Below, piece by piece: positions 53,381 through 55,220 of a stretch of DNA of 55,220 nucleotides (positions within the stretch are counted from its first letter, which is position 1; each line of letters begins with the position of its first letter). The stretch covers positions 1 through 55,220 of the forward strand of contig NW_021835289.1 in NCBI RefSeq assembly GCF_006345805.1, given 5' to 3'. A program made the position numbers and the translations under genes. The DNA comes from Octopus sinensis (lineage: Eukaryota). A model generated the notes under the pieces. The model ran no database searches. It saw nothing but the letters and a program-made list of their open reading frames with translations, and was not told the DNA's origin.

Positions 53381-53990
53381 AATTATGGAGTGAATTTTAG
53401 GGCTTATAAATCTAATATTTTCCTATCCTTCCTTAATACCAGTTCCCATATGCTACTCATATCTACACTCGGTCTGCTTAAGCGGTTGTTGTGTCGTAGT
53501 ATCTGTTCTGCTTCTTTTAGCTTTCGTATTTTCCAGTGGTGTTCTCTGTCTATTATTTTAACTTCATCCCACAGGGGGAGGTAGTCTTCATTTTTCCATG
53601 CATTTTTCTATACTCGATTATATCAATATCTCCTCATGTCACAGCTTTGCGATGTTCCTCTACCATTATTTTGAGAGGGCGGCATGTTTCGCCTTTGAAT
53701 AACCTACCACAGCTGCATGGGATGGAGCACACGCAGCTTTTGGTCATATTCTCTTCTATTGGTGGTTTTACCCGATGGAGATATTTGTGAAGTGTTGTAT
53801 TTGCGTTAGGTTAATCCTTGAGGGTTAGGATTGGGGTTAGGTTTAGGGAGATTTCGTTAATATTTCTATCAGACTGTGCAACGACGTTGAGGTTTCCAAT
53901 TCCTTGGTTTTGTTGTAAAAGTTATCTTTTATTTATTCATTTCAAACGATCGAGAGTGTCTTAAAGTTGCAATAATCTTGCAGTTTTATA

Positions 53991-54488
53991 TCTATTAACG
54001 GCAAAATGTCTGTGTGACTGTGTGTCTGTGTGTCCTTTATACAAATCCAGTTTTTCACGTAAAAAGCTCGCATTTTCTATGGGCTTTCAAAACTGCCCGA
54101 GGGTGGTTGTGAAGATCTTTTCATTTCCCCAGTCATCCCCAGAAAGCCATTAAAAATCGATACACCGACCCCCTATGCCCATAAGTTATTTTGCGGCCAA
54201 ATTCGAGTTTTTCGCTTTCTTCTGCTTCCTTTTTTGTCCGACTAATGGCATGTGTACAGTCCCGCAAATTTTCCATGTTTATGCCATTCCAGGTGTGAAA
54301 ACCGAAGTCCAATGAATATTAATTACTCTCATAAAAAGCCCCAACTAGTTCATAAACAACAAAACTGGCTCGGGCTGAAATGTGATAAGAAACTTAACTC
54401 TTGATTTAGTGAGAAATTTTTACTGTCGACCCGGCAACGAACAAGAAGCACTAGCACTAGACCCGGCAACACCGGGTCACAGTGCTAG
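53991..54488 (+). mobile_element. Non-autonomous Helitron
   Basis: A|TCtattaacggcaaaatgtctgtgtg ... gacccgg-caaca-ccgggtc (perfect 7-bp hairpin) acagtgCTAG|T. Confidence 0.85.
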
Positions 54489-55220
54489 TCTTTCACTATG
54501 ACATCTTTGGAATAACAAATGAAATTCTAGACTCGATGTTTGGAATAACCAATGAATTCTGGTCTCTATTCATCAGTTCAATTTTAAAATCTGCTGTTTA
54601 GAAACGAGGTTAACGAGTTGCAGCGATGACAAATCAGCGCTCAGAAGAGCCGAAAATGATACACAATGACGTTAAAACCGTCAAGCATACACACGAATCA
54701 TGGAAGCCTTTTTCTGTTTACTCACTCGATCTGTTAAAAATAATACCCAAATCTCTGTCAAACAGGAATTAAATTTCTGTAAAAATTGTATTGAAACCTT
54801 TGCCATCGTTCCACTAAAACCATGTCTTTCAGACGTGGAATATTACATTTAATGACGTAGGACTTGTTTTCCCTAAAGTAAAATAGACTAACATGCCTTC
54901 TTAAAAAATAAAAAGATAGATTGGATAATATGATCTAAGATTACCTGCTCGTGAGAAGAATACAGGATGGTCATGCCTGGAAAGTTTTCACTCATAGGTC
55001 TGTTCGGTTATTTGGGGTTATTTGGGATAAAGACGAAAAACGACAGTGGCATCGAATCGACGACGACGACGACAACGATGGTAACAACGACCGCGGCGGC
55101 TGCGGCGGCTGCCACAAGGAGGTAGCCCCTATGTGGTTGCTCAAGTTGCTACAAATAACTACTAAACTTCCCTCGAATTATACCCTACCGTCAAAAAATA
55201 ATGATATTGGGTAGTGCCAT

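Larger units (their letters stand above)
53142..53803 (-). mobile_element. Penelope-like element 3' fragment (GIY-YIG endonuclease + pseudo-LTR)
   Basis: Minus strand 53803-53404: TTLHKYLHRVKPP...SCVCSIPCSCGRLFKGETCRPLKIMVEEHRKAV...PLWDEVKIIDREHHWKIRKLKEA; hammerhead-like motif downstream. Confidence 0.85.

Overview
Eukaryotic, AT-rich, microsatellite-saturated DNA. I recognise no host gene exon, rRNA, true tRNA gene or CRISPR array, so it reads as intergenic or intronic. The SINE families and repeat landscape resemble octopod cephalopod genomes (inference from memory, not a search). Almost all ORFs in the supplied track are translations of (TA)n/(CA)n/(TATG)n/(AAT)n tracts. Mobile element content: several tRNA-headed SINE families, an internally deleted mariner with both TIRs, mariner and Tigger-type MITEs, two non-autonomous Helitrons, at least 7 fragments of R4/Dong-clade (RT + restriction-like endonuclease) LINEs mostly in or near (TAA)n, a Tx1/L1-like 3' end and a Penelope-like GIY-YIG fragment. 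Main leads: (1) four hammerhead-ribozyme-like motifs, including a 208-bp TSD-flanked insertion whose hammerhead has a compensatory G3-C8 core swap; (2) a ~555-bp non-coding, non-tRNA element that sits only in (TAA)n and shows 5' truncation; (3) a ~51-bp periodic array with a constrained core encoding an LTF-type 17-aa repeat; (4) long palindromes and staggered tandem duplications, some of which look like long-read assembly artefacts. All coordinates and alignments were done by eye and ends are approximate unless a TSD or TIR is given.
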